DNA of 64,000 bases from Bacteroidota bacterium (GTDB taxonomy: Bacteria; Bacteroidota; Bacteroidia; 2-12-FULL-35-15), in assembly GCA_040389865.1 (NCBI GenBank), contig JAZJZM010000019.1:17423-81422 (forward strand), written 5' to 3'. The notes under the pieces are model-generated. The model saw only the letters and a program-made list of their open reading frames with translations, ran no database searches and was not told the origin of the DNA. The position numbers and the translations under genes are program-made. Numbering within the stretch: position 1 is the first letter of the stretch; each line of letters opens with the position of its first letter. Below, one piece after another: positions 30,882 to 40,676 of the stretch.

Positions 30882-31715
30882 TTAAGGATGAACTACAAAA
30901 ATTGGATATGTTGCTATTGCGCTTATTGTTGCTAATAATGGTTGTTTTCGAAAAAACCTTTCAAGAATATTTCTATGCCGTTCTTCCATCACTACCAGAT
31001 CTGTTTGGTTTTCGAGAATAAAATCATCAAGTGAGTCATCAATGTTGTCGGTGAAATTTATATCAACATTGTATTTTATTTTTCCATCTAATGATTTTTT
31101 TATTTCTTCTTTTATTCCGATGAATGCTTTTTGGCTCTTTTCATTATCTTCCTTGGTTAAAAACAAAAATGTAATTTGGGCCTCAAAAAAATTTGCAAAT
31201 TCATAAAACTGTTCCAGTGCGATACTATCTATCTTGTCAACTATAATTGGATAAAATATGTTTTTATACTTTTCAAACAAAAGGTCTTCCGGAACTATTA
31301 AAAGTGGACATTCTGACTCCTTGCTTGCTTTATATGTATTTGTGCCAAAAAAAAATTGTTTCAGATTATCCGGGCCATTAGTACCCATAACAATCATTGT
31401 GTTTTTCGTCACCGCTGATGCGATAGTTTTCGACAGGGATTTTGTAGTTATATCAACTTCATATGTTGTTGGGATATTATACATCTTGTTAATTTCAACA
31501 CTCATTTGTTTTAACTTATTCGAAACCTTGAGAGAGTTGTTTCGGATGTTACTGCCAACTCCCTCACCAAGACTTACCGCAGTTTCAAAATGAATTTGCT
31601 GTACATTAAATAATATCAGTTCTGCATTGATAACTTGAGCAAGCATTGCCGCGTATTCCGAAGCGTTGTTTGCTGAATCTGTAAAGTCAATAGGACAAAT
31701 AATTGTTGTTTTCAT
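30882..31715 (-). CDS. Universal stress protein, tandem UspA domains
   Basis: 'MKTTIICPIDFTDSANNASEYAAMLA..' and a second half 'KNIFYPIIVDKIDSIALEQF...LVVMEE' give two Usp-like alpha/beta units. Confidence 0.8.
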   Translation of the reverse strand: MKTTIICPIDFTDSANNASEYAAMLAQVINAELILFNVQQIHFETAVSLGEGVGSNIRNNSLKVSNKLKQMSVEINKMYNIPTTYEVDITTKSLSKTIASAVTKNTMIVMGTNGPDNLKQFFFGTNTYKASKESECPLLIVPEDLLFEKYKNIFYPIIVDKIDSIALEQFYEFANFFEAQITFLFLTKEDNEKSQKAFIGIKEEIKKSLDGKIKYNVDINFTDNIDDSLDDFILENQTDLVVMEERHRNILERFFRKQPLLATISAIATYPIFVVHP

Positions 31716-31733
31716 AAATAAGGAACATATTTA

Positions 31734-31894
31734 AGAGCCTGTTTAAATTTTATATAAAAGAATAACAATATTGCTTGTTGGAGCCATCCAATTCTCGACT
31801 CCGCTCGAAATGACCATGTGCGCTGGTATTTCGAGCGGAGTCGAGAAATCGTGTGAAGGCTGGAAACTGTTTGAATAAAATTTAAACAGGCTCT
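31734..31894. mobile_element. MITE-like element copy A (161 bp) with 20-bp terminal inverted repeats and a central 22-bp-stem hairpin
   Basis: The TIRs are 'agagcctgtttaaattttat' (31734-31753) and its reverse complement 'ataaaatttaaacaggctct' (31875-31894). The central 'aattctcgactccgctcgaaat'-gaccatgtgcgctggt-'atttcgagcggagtcgagaaat' is a perfect inverted repeat. Confidence 0.7.
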
Positions 31895-31928
31895 AAAAGG
31901 CTGAAAAATTATTGGCGTTTCTTATTCT

Positions 31929-32597
31929 TTAATAGACAAATACTTCTGTATCAATTTCAAGTTTGTTTTCAACAAGACCAATTCCTGGCGCTGACCAAGC
32001 TGCACGTGCTGCATCTCTTTTTTCAGCCCAAGAACGAACTTTTCCTGTTAGAATAACTTTGTTCCCAATTGTTTCTATGTTGATTTTTTCTGCATCAATT
32101 GTTGCGCTCCTGTGGAATGCAGAAACGATCTTTGTTTTTATTTCTCTTGCAGTGACCTGTGGTGTTACTTTTATATTATTACTTATTCCACGAACCCCCA
32201 ATAAATATTGTACTGCGCTGCTTGCTGCGTTTTTTTGAAATTCCCAATCGGTTTCTCCTTCTAGTGTTAACCACCCGTCTTCTACCTTTAATTTTATTTT
32301 TTCTTGTTGAACTGCGCTATGCCATTTTAGAGCGCTAATTGCGGCTTCGGCTATTTCTGTATCACTCTTTTTTCCATGCCCGGCTAATTTCACTTCAATA
32401 TCCACAGCAACTGCTTTTACTCCGGTAACTCTTTTGGTCGCTTTTTCTGCGGTTAGTTTTTTGGAATATGTATCTACTAGTCCAGAAAGGGTTACGACTC
32501 CGTTTTTTACTGCTACTCCAATTTCTGTAGCTTTCATTAATGGTTCCCATTTAAGTTCGTCCATAACATCTTTTTGAATTTCTGAATCTGTTCTCAT
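31929..32597 (-). CDS. BON-domain protein (two BON domains; OsmY-like)
   Basis: '[19 protein letters not shown]' is a typical family start. The BON units are '[36 protein letters not shown]' and '[41 protein letters not shown]'. The ORF is open upstream to 32654. Confidence 0.75.
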   Translation of the reverse strand: MRTDSEIQKDVMDELKWEPLMKATEIGVAVKNGVVTLSGLVDTYSKKLTAEKATKRVTGVKAVAVDIEVKLAGHGKKSDTEIAEAAISALKWHSAVQQEKIKLKVEDGWLTLEGETDWEFQKNAASSAVQYLLGVRGISNNIKVTPQVTAREIKTKIVSAFHRSATIDAEKINIETIGNKVILTGKVRSWAEKRDAARAAWSAPGIGLVENKLEIDTEVFVY

Positions 32598-32785
32598 ACT
32601 TTTTTGTTTTTTTAATAATAAATATTTAAATAATTTTATGCAAAGTAAACTCATTATTGAAATCTATTCAATGATGAATTACAAAAAATGGAATGATCCA
32701 CATCACGAGTTTATTTTTTTTAATTGAAAATTTTATTTGATTCATGATACGGTAAATTTTCAGAAAAAAAAGGTTTAGGACTTTT

Positions 32786-33169
32786 TTACATCCATTTAGA
32801 AAGGAATTGAGCTAATTCTTTTCTTAGGCCATTGAAAATTTTTTCGAACCCTTCCACGCTATTTCTTTGCATTGAATGGTCCAAAAACTTTTTACTTTCA
32901 TTTGCAACCGCTTTTTTATTTACTTTTTCTTCGAGTGATCTTTCATGGCTGTTAATTTCATGTTTTAAGATATCTAGCTGTTCGTTTTGAGCGATTAGCT
33001 GGTTTTGAAAATGTTCAACAAAGGCGCGTACTTCTTTTGACGTATTTTTTTTTGCAATTTCTGAAATTCTATTTTGCATGATCTGAATTTCGTCTTTATA
33101 AAAAACTAATTTGCTTAGCCACGTTTTGTGATCCTCGTGCAACTGGTAAATATTTTTTGTAGTTTCCAT
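32786..33169 (-). CDS. Hypothetical coiled-coil protein (127 aa)
   Basis: Intact ORF co-oriented with the flanking Usp and BON genes; no domain recognised. Confidence 0.45.
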   Translation of the reverse strand: METTKNIYQLHEDHKTWLSKLVFYKDEIQIMQNRISEIAKKNTSKEVRAFVEHFQNQLIAQNEQLDILKHEINSHERSLEEKVNKKAVANESKKFLDHSMQRNSVEGFEKIFNGLRKELAQFLSKWM

Positions 33170-33273
33170 GTTTTATTTATTTAGTTAATAGTGTGTTGAT
33201 CTTCCATTTTAAAAGCCTATGGTAAATTATTGTAAAAGGGTTATTTGGTTTCAATCATTAAAGGAGTGTTTTT

Positions 33274-33657
33274 TTAATAATTGTTTTCACTGATTTTCCC
33301 GCTGAGTGCTTCACCTTGCCGGTTTTGTTCTTCAAGTGTCCAACAATCAGTTACTGTTGTTTCGAGCCAAACTCGCCATGAGTTCCTGTACACCTTAACT
33401 GATATGCCATATTCGCTGTTGAAACATTGCTCAAGATGGGATACAGTCATTTGTGGTGTAATAATTATACATGTTTTTTCTTCATTCGCACCGTACTTAG
33501 CTATTGTTTTAACAGTAGATTTTACCAGTTTATGCGGAGATAATGATGTAGTTGTGAGTTTTGTTAAAAAAAAATCGATTTTCAAAAAGGGAAACATCTT
33601 TGTAAATTCTTCTTGTATTTCAAATAATGTACTATTGTCGTCAACTGTTATTTTCAT
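33274..33657 (-). CDS. Hypothetical protein (127 aa)
   Basis: Intact ORF co-oriented in the stress island; an ORF on the opposite strand (33281-33685) overlaps it and is judged less likely. Confidence 0.4.
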   Translation of the reverse strand: MKITVDDNSTLFEIQEEFTKMFPFLKIDFFLTKLTTTSLSPHKLVKSTVKTIAKYGANEEKTCIIITPQMTVSHLEQCFNSEYGISVKVYRNSWRVWLETTVTDCWTLEEQNRQGEALSGKISENNY

Positions 33658-33711
33658 TTTAATATGTTGTATTTCATTGTTCTAAAGCGTCAAATTATTT
33701 TTTTGTGAGTT

Positions 33712-34533
33712 TTATTCTGGTAAAGCAAGTAATGGAATGTGAGTATGGAATGCCATACGCTTTGTATTCCTTTCCTGGAAAATATTTTCGAATAATGTGT
33801 GTTTGCGAGGTATCATTACAATTAGATCAGCGTTGTGTTCCTTTACAAATTCATTTATCCCTTCTACTATATCTTCATTCTCCACAAAGTCGAATGAATG
33901 ATTTAAACCTTCAAATGAATGGACCAGTTGTGTTCCACCAACTGTTTTTTTTATCGGTGAAATTAATTCTCCTTCACTTGAAACATTCAAGATATATAAT
34001 TGAGAATTGAAAAGTTTAATGAATTCTTTTATAGGCTCCATGGATCTGGCATCCATATTTTGATAGTCACAAGCTAATACAATTTTTCTGAGATTCTTAA
34101 ATACCACCTTATCGTTAATGGCAAGAACAGGGCGTTTTGCTTTCCGAATTAAAGTGGTGGTAACGCTGCCAATTAATTTTTCGCTCAAATAACCTGCCCC
34201 ACGAACCCCCATTACAATTAGATCAATTTTTTCTTCTTCTACTATTTCATTTATTTCATCAACGGCAAAACCAAGTGTAGTTTTACACTCAATGTTCAAT
34301 TCACTTCCGTGCTTAAATCGTATATTTTCCTTTATTTTGGTTAATACTTTTAAATTGTCTTTTTCTATTTCATCTAAAGGCATTATAAAAGGAACATCTG
34401 ACGGAACGGTAGGTATATGAAATACATGAAATAAAAGAAGTTTCGATTTGGTAAGCTTTGCTAATTCAGCTGCGTAATTTATTGCATTGTTTGCGCTGTC
34501 TGAAAAATCTGTGGGGGCGAGAATTGTTTTCAT
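33712..34533 (-). CDS. Universal stress protein, tandem UspA domains
   Basis: 'MKTILAPTDFSDSANNAINYAAELA...' and a second Usp unit '...LIVMGVRG..'. It is a paralog of the 30882-31715 gene. Confidence 0.8.
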   Translation of the reverse strand: MKTILAPTDFSDSANNAINYAAELAKLTKSKLLLFHVFHIPTVPSDVPFIMPLDEIEKDNLKVLTKIKENIRFKHGSELNIECKTTLGFAVDEINEIVEEEKIDLIVMGVRGAGYLSEKLIGSVTTTLIRKAKRPVLAINDKVVFKNLRKIVLACDYQNMDARSMEPIKEFIKLFNSQLYILNVSSEGELISPIKKTVGGTQLVHSFEGLNHSFDFVENEDIVEGINEFVKEHNADLIVMIPRKHTLFENIFQERNTKRMAFHTHIPLLALPE

Positions 34534-34934
34534 TTTTTATACGTTTTTTTAAAATTTAAAGAATGACCAAAAATAATCGACAGATAAAATATCCCATTGT
34601 GATGGAACAATGAGCAGATAAATTAAGAAGGCAAAACGGATGAAAATGAATTGGATATCCCACTGTTTAATTATCCCCCTTAGCAATTTATTTATTTAAC
34701 AAATGTACACCAGCCAATGATTATTGTGAATGATTGAAATCAGTGGATTAGGTGATTCTTTATATCGTGATCCGTTTGGCGGATTTATGTTCGTACAATT
34801 GCTATCTATGGCTAATCAATATTGAATAAAAAAGTGAAATTTTAGGATATAAGTAAAATCATTTTTTTGTTTGACCAAACTCATTATTTAGTTAGGTGTT
34901 CAATACTACCTTTGAAAAAAGAAATATATATACT

Positions 34935-35339
34935 ATGACATCCTTAGAGAATTTACATTACGCGATTGGTCAGCTTGCTTATACTGTTGCAACTGCTGAT
35001 GGATATATTCAGCCGCAAGAGCGGCAAAAATTTCATGACATCATTGACGCTGAACTTCGATGCAATGATTATGATTTCAATATAACAGATATTATTTTTC
35101 GAATTATGGAGAAAGATAAATTAGATCCTGAAACGAGTTATAACTGGGCTATGAATGAAATTAAACTTAACAGTCATTACTTGAGTCCGAGCCTTAAAAA
35201 ATCTTTTATTACAGTGATGGAAAAAATTGCTAAAGCTTACTCCATTGTTACTGATGATGAGAGAAACATTATTGAAAGATTTAAAAAAGAGATCGAACCG
35301 ATTAATGGAGATCCTGTATTTTACGAAAAAGAAGCCTGA
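34935..35339 (+). CDS. TerB-like (tellurite-resistance TerB family) small protein
   Basis: The N-terminal 'LHYAIGQLAYTVATADGYIQPQERQKFHDII' resembles the TerB helical fold. The start could instead be the upstream ATG at 34896. Confidence 0.4.
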   Translation: MTSLENLHYAIGQLAYTVATADGYIQPQERQKFHDIIDAELRCNDYDFNITDIIFRIMEKDKLDPETSYNWAMNEIKLNSHYLSPSLKKSFITVMEKIAKAYSIVTDDERNIIERFKKEIEPINGDPVFYEKEA

Positions 35340-35822
35340 TTTTTCTTTCTCTTTAATTCTCGGTGTATGTGTTAGGTTCATTCGGCCATTTTTGCGATGA
35401 GTTTTTAAGAAATCATGAAACATTTATGAATTAAATTAATAATTTCAAAAAATTTTTTTTTATTGAAATTTTTTTATTAAACCCATTTAGAGAATGTTTT
35501 CGTTCACTAAAAAAAGCGTTAACGCCAGCTTCAATTTCTTTTCCTTATAGTATAGTAACTTTTCCCTCAATTTCTTTTTCCACAAATTGAAATAAATTCC
35601 CTCACGTTGGATCTATTAATTCATACTCTAATGTGGATGCCTCGGGTATCGTTAACCTTTCTCTCGTTATTTTAGCCGGTAAAATAATGTAATTGCATTC
35701 CCGACATACATGTGAATTGTGTAAGATTATTTTTAAAATGTGTAACACTTTAATTGTTGGACATCTGTTTCTTTGTGTTATAATTATTTTAAGACTTTAT
35801 TTATAAAAAGGGAGAACAACCA

Positions 35823-36314
35823 ATGGAAAAGAAAGGGATAAACCTATTTATTGTTGACGACAATAGATTAATGGTTTCAACACTTAAACAATATTTGCAA
35901 AATCGGTTTGGAGCCATTATGCAAATTTCAATTTTTAATAATGGTGAAAGCTGTTTGGAAAAAGTTGATTCTGATACTCAGATAGTGATATTGGATTATT
36001 ACATGAATGGCAAAAATGGTTTAGATATTTTGAAGTTAATAAAAGCCATTAACCCTAAAACAGAAGTTATCATGTTGTCCAATAATGAGGATATTGGACT
36101 TGCAATTGAAACATTCAGAGCAGGCGCCAAAGATTATGTGATAAAAGGTCAGGGTTCATGGAAAAAAATTACCCGTCTGGTAAATCTCATTATTACAGAG
36201 CCTATTCGAATTATGGTTAGGGAGTTTGGCGTATCAAAATTTACCGTCATATTTCTCATGACATTTGTAACTATGGGGCTTGCGGTGTTTTGTGTATTAT
36301 ATTTGATGAAATAA
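35823..36314 (+). CDS. Response-regulator receiver domain protein with a C-terminal transmembrane helix
   Basis: REC motifs 'INLFIVDDN', 'ILDYYMNGKNGLDILKLIK' and 'KDYVIKG'. The C-terminal 'FTVIFLMTFVTMGLAVFCVLYLM' is hydrophobic. Confidence 0.75.
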   Translation: MEKKGINLFIVDDNRLMVSTLKQYLQNRFGAIMQISIFNNGESCLEKVDSDTQIVILDYYMNGKNGLDILKLIKAINPKTEVIMLSNNEDIGLAIETFRAGAKDYVIKGQGSWKKITRLVNLIITEPIRIMVREFGVSKFTVIFLMTFVTMGLAVFCVLYLMK

Positions 36315-36687
36315 TAAAAAACAATAATTTTTTTTGATCGGATACACCGTATCATTTGCAAAAAAACAGAAACAGAACTAGTTTTTTTTCGTTTATCCAA
36401 TGTGTATTGATAAATATACCGCCATCAAAATTTATAGGTTCGGAGTCGGCATATTTTTAGAGAAATAGCAGTATCTCGATAAAAATCGTTAAGTTTAGCG
36501 GAAAGGAGCTGATTTTATTCATTCCTGTCAATATTATGGCTTGTTTTATTGTCTGCCAAAAAACACAAAAATGTGTGAATTATGTAACTTTTTGTAAAAG
36601 TTGTGTAACAAATACAATTTTAATTTTAATCACCTTTGTTAATATTGTTTTAAAACAAACAAGATTTTGAAATTATACATCAAATAC

Positions 36688-37248
36688 ATGGTAAGCGCCC
36701 GCTGTAAAATGGCGGTAAAAGAAGAGTTGAAGAAACTTGGATTGCATTTCACTCCCGTTGATTTAGGTGAGGTGGAGATCATGGAAAATATCACTTCGGA
36801 ACAGCGTGAACAGCTCAAAATTGCTTTACACGAGTCCGGACTTGAATTGATGGATGATAAGAGAGCTGTGTTGATCGAAAAAATAAAAAATGTAATTATT
36901 GAAATGGTTCATCATTCTGATGAAATGATCAAAATGAATTTTTCAGATTTTTTAAGTGAAAAATTAAGTCATGATTATACCTATCTGGCAAATTTGTTTT
37001 CTGAAGTTCAGGGTACTACAATTGAGCAATTTATCATCTCTCATAAAATTGAAAGGATAAAAGAATTGATGATCTATGGTGAACTTAACATTACGGAAAT
37101 TGCCTGGAAAATGAATTATAGTAGCGTTGCCCATTTATCCAACCAATTTAAAAAAGTTACTGGGCTTTCTCCTTCGCATTTTAAACAATTGAAGGATAAA
37201 AGACGCAGTCCGATTGAAGATATCGGAAATTCAAGCGAAATAAATTAA
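36688..37248 (+). CDS. AraC-family transcriptional regulator (small Bacteroidota type)
   Basis: C-terminal AraC HTH 'ITEIAWKMNYSSVAHLSNQFKKVTGLSPSHFKQ'. ATG 36688 ('MVSARCKMAV') is a family-typical start; the ORF track begins at TTG 36667. Confidence 0.75.
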   Translation: MVSARCKMAVKEELKKLGLHFTPVDLGEVEIMENITSEQREQLKIALHESGLELMDDKRAVLIEKIKNVIIEMVHHSDEMIKMNFSDFLSEKLSHDYTYLANLFSEVQGTTIEQFIISHKIERIKELMIYGELNITEIAWKMNYSSVAHLSNQFKKVTGLSPSHFKQLKDKRRSPIEDIGNSSEIN

Positions 37249-37271
37249 ATAAGCGATTATCTCAACTTTAC

Positions 37272-40200
37272 ATGGCAAAGAGAAAAAAATCGGAGGAATT
37301 AATTATTGCCAACAAGGAACTTATCTTTCAAAATGAAGAGAAGGAAAAGCGGGCAGAAGAGTTAATTATTGCAAATATCGAACTTGCTTTTCAAGATGAA
37401 GAAAAAGAAAAACGTGCTGCGGAGTTAATTTTAGCTAACATAGAGTTAGCTTTTCAGGATGTGGAGAAAGAAAAAAGAGCGGCTGAATTAATTATTGCTA
37501 ACAAGGAACTTGTATTTCAAAACGCAGAGAAAGAAAAACGTGCGGCCGAGTTGATCATTGCTAATAAAGAACTTGTTTTTCAAAATGATGAGAAAGAAAA
37601 ACGGGCTGAGGAATTGATCGTTGCTAATAAAGAACTTGTTTTTCAGAATGATGAAAAAGAAAAACGTGCTGCGGAGTTGATCATTGCAAACAAAGAACTT
37701 GTTTTTCAAAACGATGAGAAAGAAAAACGTGCCGCTGAGCTGATCGTAGCTAACAAAGAACTTGCTTTTCAAAACGAAGAGAAAGAAAAACGTGCAGCCG
37801 AGTTAATTGTTGCTAATAAAGAACTTGTTTTTCAGAATGATGAAAAAGAAAAACGAGCTGCGGAGTTGATCATTGCAAACAAAGAACTTGTTTTTCAAAA
37901 CGATGAGAAAGAAAAACGTGCCGCTGAGCTGATCGTAGCTAACAAAGAACTTGCTTTTCAAAACGAAGAGAAAGAAAAACGTGCAGCCGAGTTAATTGTT
38001 GCTAACAAAGAACTTGCTTTTCAAAATGACGAGAAAGAAAAACGAGCGGCTGAGTTGCTCATCGCTAATAAAGAACTGATCTTTCAAAACGATGAGAAAG
38101 AAAAACGAGCGGCAGAGCTAATTGTAGCGAACAAAGAACTTGCTTTTCAAAATGATGAAAAAGAAAAACGTGCAGCCGAGTTATTCATAGCTAATAAAGA
38201 ACTTGTATTTCAAACCGGGGAAAAAGAAAAACGTGCCGCGGAGTTGGTAATAGCCGACATAGAGCTTGTTTTTCAAAATAAAGAAAAAGAAAAGCGCGAA
38301 ATCGCAAATAAAGAACTTGAAGCATTAAGTTATTCCGCAAAATTAGCATCTCAATATTCTCTTAGCCTGATTGAAGCAAGTCGGGATCCCTTAGTTACTA
38401 TCAGTACAGAAGGCAAGATCACTGATATGAATCAGGCAACTGTAAATATAACAGGCTTGACTCGTGAAAAACTTACGGGTACCGATTTTTTTGATTATTT
38501 CACCGAACCACAAAAGGCACGTGAAGTATATCAGGAAGTATTTGCGAAAGGATCTGTTGCCGATTCTCCGCTTACTCTTCGTCATAAAGCAGGGAAACTT
38601 ACTGATGTATTGTTCAATGGCTCGGTTTATAAAGATGATCAGGGAAATGTACTGGGAGTGGTGATCGTGGCGAGAGATGTTACTGCCCAAAAATTACTTT
38701 CTAAATATTCGTTAAGTCTTATTGAGGCAAGTCTTGATCCATTGGTTACGATAAGTACTGAAGGTAAGATCACGGATATGAATGAGGCCACTGCAAATAT
38801 TACCGGTATGAGCCGTGACCAATTAACGGGTACCGATTTTTTTGATTATTTCACCGAACCACAAAAGGCTCGTGAAGTTTATCTGGACGTGTTTGCGAAA
38901 GGTTCTGTTGCCGATTCTCCACTTACACTTCGTCATAAGGATGGGAAGCTTACGGATGTATTATTCAACGGATCGGTTTATAAAGACGACAGAGGGAATG
39001 TGCTTGGTGCCGTTGTGGTAGCAAGAGATATTACTGAACAAAAAAGAATAGCAACTGAATTGACTGAAGCGAAAATATTTGCCGAGTTGGCAACAGGTAT
39101 TGCGGAGGAAGCAAAAGCTAAAGCCGAAAGTGCCACACGAATAGCCGAAGATGCCGTGAAAGCGAAGCAACAATTTTTGTCAAACATGAGTCACGAAATT
39201 CGTACACCAATGAATGCGATCATTGGATTTACGAAAGTAGTATTAAAAACAGAGCTGTCGGTAAAACAAAAGGAATATTTGTCGGCCATAAAAATGAGTG
39301 GTGATGCATTGATCGTGCTCATTAACGATATACTCGATCTTGCTAAGGTAGATGCAGGAAAAATGTCCTTTGAGAAAACACCTTTCAAAATGAAAGCATC
39401 CATAGCATCCATGCTTCATTTGTTTGAGACAAAAATTCAGGAAAAGAATTTACAGCTTGTTAAGGAATACGACAATAAAATTCCTGATGTGTTAGTTGGC
39501 GATCCGGTTCGTTTACACCAGATCATATTAAATTTGGTGAGTAACGCTGTAAAGTTTACAACTTATGGAAAAATTACTGTAAGTGTTCATTTAGTGAGTG
39601 AGGACGAAGAAAAAGCAACCATTGAATTTGCAGTTATGGATACCGGGATTGGAATAGCGGAAAATAAAATAGAAAGAATCTTCGAAAACTTTCAGCAGGC
39701 AACCAGCGGCACTTCAAGATTATTTGGTGGAACAGGATTAGGACTTGCAATTGTTAAACAATTGGTAGAACCGCAAGGGGGAAGTCTTTTTGTAACAAGT
39801 AAAATTGATGAGGGTTCTACTTTTAGTTTTACGTTAACTTTTCAAAAAACAAAAGCGGAAGCCGAATTGGTAACTGAAGTTGCGGAATTGGATTCCGAAA
39901 TAAAAAATATAAAAGTATTGGTGGTGGAAGATATTGCACTCAATCAATTACTAATGAAAACATTGTTGGATGATTTCGGATTTGAACGCGATATTGCTGC
40001 AAATGGACAAATAGCCATCGAAAAATTGCAAGCTAAATCTTATGATATTATTTTGATGGACTTGCAAATGCCTGTAATGAATGGCTTTGAAGCTACCGAA
40101 TATATTCGTAATAAAATGAATTCTAAGATCCCGATCATCGCCTTAACTGCCGATGTAACTACAGTGGATCTGGCAAAATGCAAAGCGGTTGGCATGAATG

Positions 40201-40676
40201 ATTATATTGCAAAGCCTGTTGATGAAAGAGTATTATATAGTAAAATAGTGGGCCTGGTAAAAAAGCCTGTATTTGTTAATATCCAAAAGGAAAAAGAAAA
40301 CATTGAAACTGAGAAGTTAAAATGTATTGACCTGAAATATTTAAACCACCGCACAAAATCAAATCCAACAATAATGATGGAAATGATTTCACTTTATTTG
40401 GAGCAAACTCCACCTTTGATCAGCACAATGAAACAAAGTTTGTTGGATCAGGATTGGAATTCATTGCGCGCTGCAGTACATAAAATGATTCCCTCCTTTT
40501 CAATAATGGGCATTCATATAGATTTTGAAAATATGGCGAAAAAAGTTCAGGAGTATTCAAGTATCCAGGAACGAACGCATGAGATACATGACTTAGTGAT
40601 ACAGCTTGAAGATGTTTGTTTACAGGCATGTAAAGAGTTGGAAGAAGAATTTAATACGATTAAAAATAAGAAATAA
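37272..40676 (+). CDS. Hybrid sensor histidine kinase: 16 x 21-aa coiled-coil repeats, 2 PAS, HisKA, HATPase_c, REC, HPt
   Basis: Repeats 'ELIIANKELVFQNDEKEKRAA' x16. PAS blocks 'LIEASRDPLVTIS.EGKITDMN.AT.NITG'. H-box 'SHEIRTPMNAIIGF'. G2 box 'GGTGLGLAIVKQLVE'. REC 'ILMDLQMPVMNGFEAT'. HPt 'AVHKMIPSFSIMG'. Confidence 0.9.
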   Translation: MAKRKKSEELIIANKELIFQNEEKEKRAEELIIANIELAFQDEEKEKRAAELILANIELAFQDVEKEKRAAELIIANKELVFQNAEKEKRAAELIIANKELVFQNDEKEKRAEELIVANKELVFQNDEKEKRAAELIIANKELVFQNDEKEKRAAELIVANKELAFQNEEKEKRAAELIVANKELVFQNDEKEKRAAELIIANKELVFQNDEKEKRAAELIVANKELAFQNEEKEKRAAELIVANKELAFQNDEKEKRAAELLIANKELIFQNDEKEKRAAELIVANKELAFQNDEKEKRAAELFIANKELVFQTGEKEKRAAELVIADIELVFQNKEKEKREIANKELEALSYSAKLASQYSLSLIEASRDPLVTISTEGKITDMNQATVNITGLTREKLTGTDFFDYFTEPQKAREVYQEVFAKGSVADSPLTLRHKAGKLTDVLFNGSVYKDDQGNVLGVVIVARDVTAQKLLSKYSLSLIEASLDPLVTISTEGKITDMNEATANITGMSRDQLTGTDFFDYFTEPQKAREVYLDVFAKGSVADSPLTLRHKDGKLTDVLFNGSVYKDDRGNVLGAVVVARDITEQKRIATELTEAKIFAELATGIAEEAKAKAESATRIAEDAVKAKQQFLSNMSHEIRTPMNAIIGFTKVVLKTELSVKQKEYLSAIKMSGDALIVLINDILDLAKVDAGKMSFEKTPFKMKASIASMLHLFETKIQEKNLQLVKEYDNKIPDVLVGDPVRLHQIILNLVSNAVKFTTYGKITVSVHLVSEDEEKATIEFAVMDTGIGIAENKIERIFENFQQATSGTSRLFGGTGLGLAIVKQLVEPQGGSLFVTSKIDEGSTFSFTLTFQKTKAEAELVTEVAELDSEIKNIKVLVVEDIALNQLLMKTLLDDFGFERDIAANGQIAIEKLQAKSYDIILMDLQMPVMNGFEATEYIRNKMNSKIPIIALTADVTTVDLAKCKAVGMNDYIAKPVDERVLYSKIVGLVKKPVFVNIQKEKENIETEKLKCIDLKYLNHRTKSNPTIMMEMISLYLEQTPPLISTMKQSLLDQDWNSLRAAVHKMIPSFSIMGIHIDFENMAKKVQEYSSIQERTHEIHDLVIQLEDVCLQACKELEEEFNTIKNKK
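37296..38304 (+). repeat. 63-bp tandem repeat array (16 units) encoding a 21-aa (three-heptad) coiled-coil repeat
   Basis: Several units are identical over more than 120 bp, e.g. 37650-37780 and 37840-37970. Confidence 0.9.
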
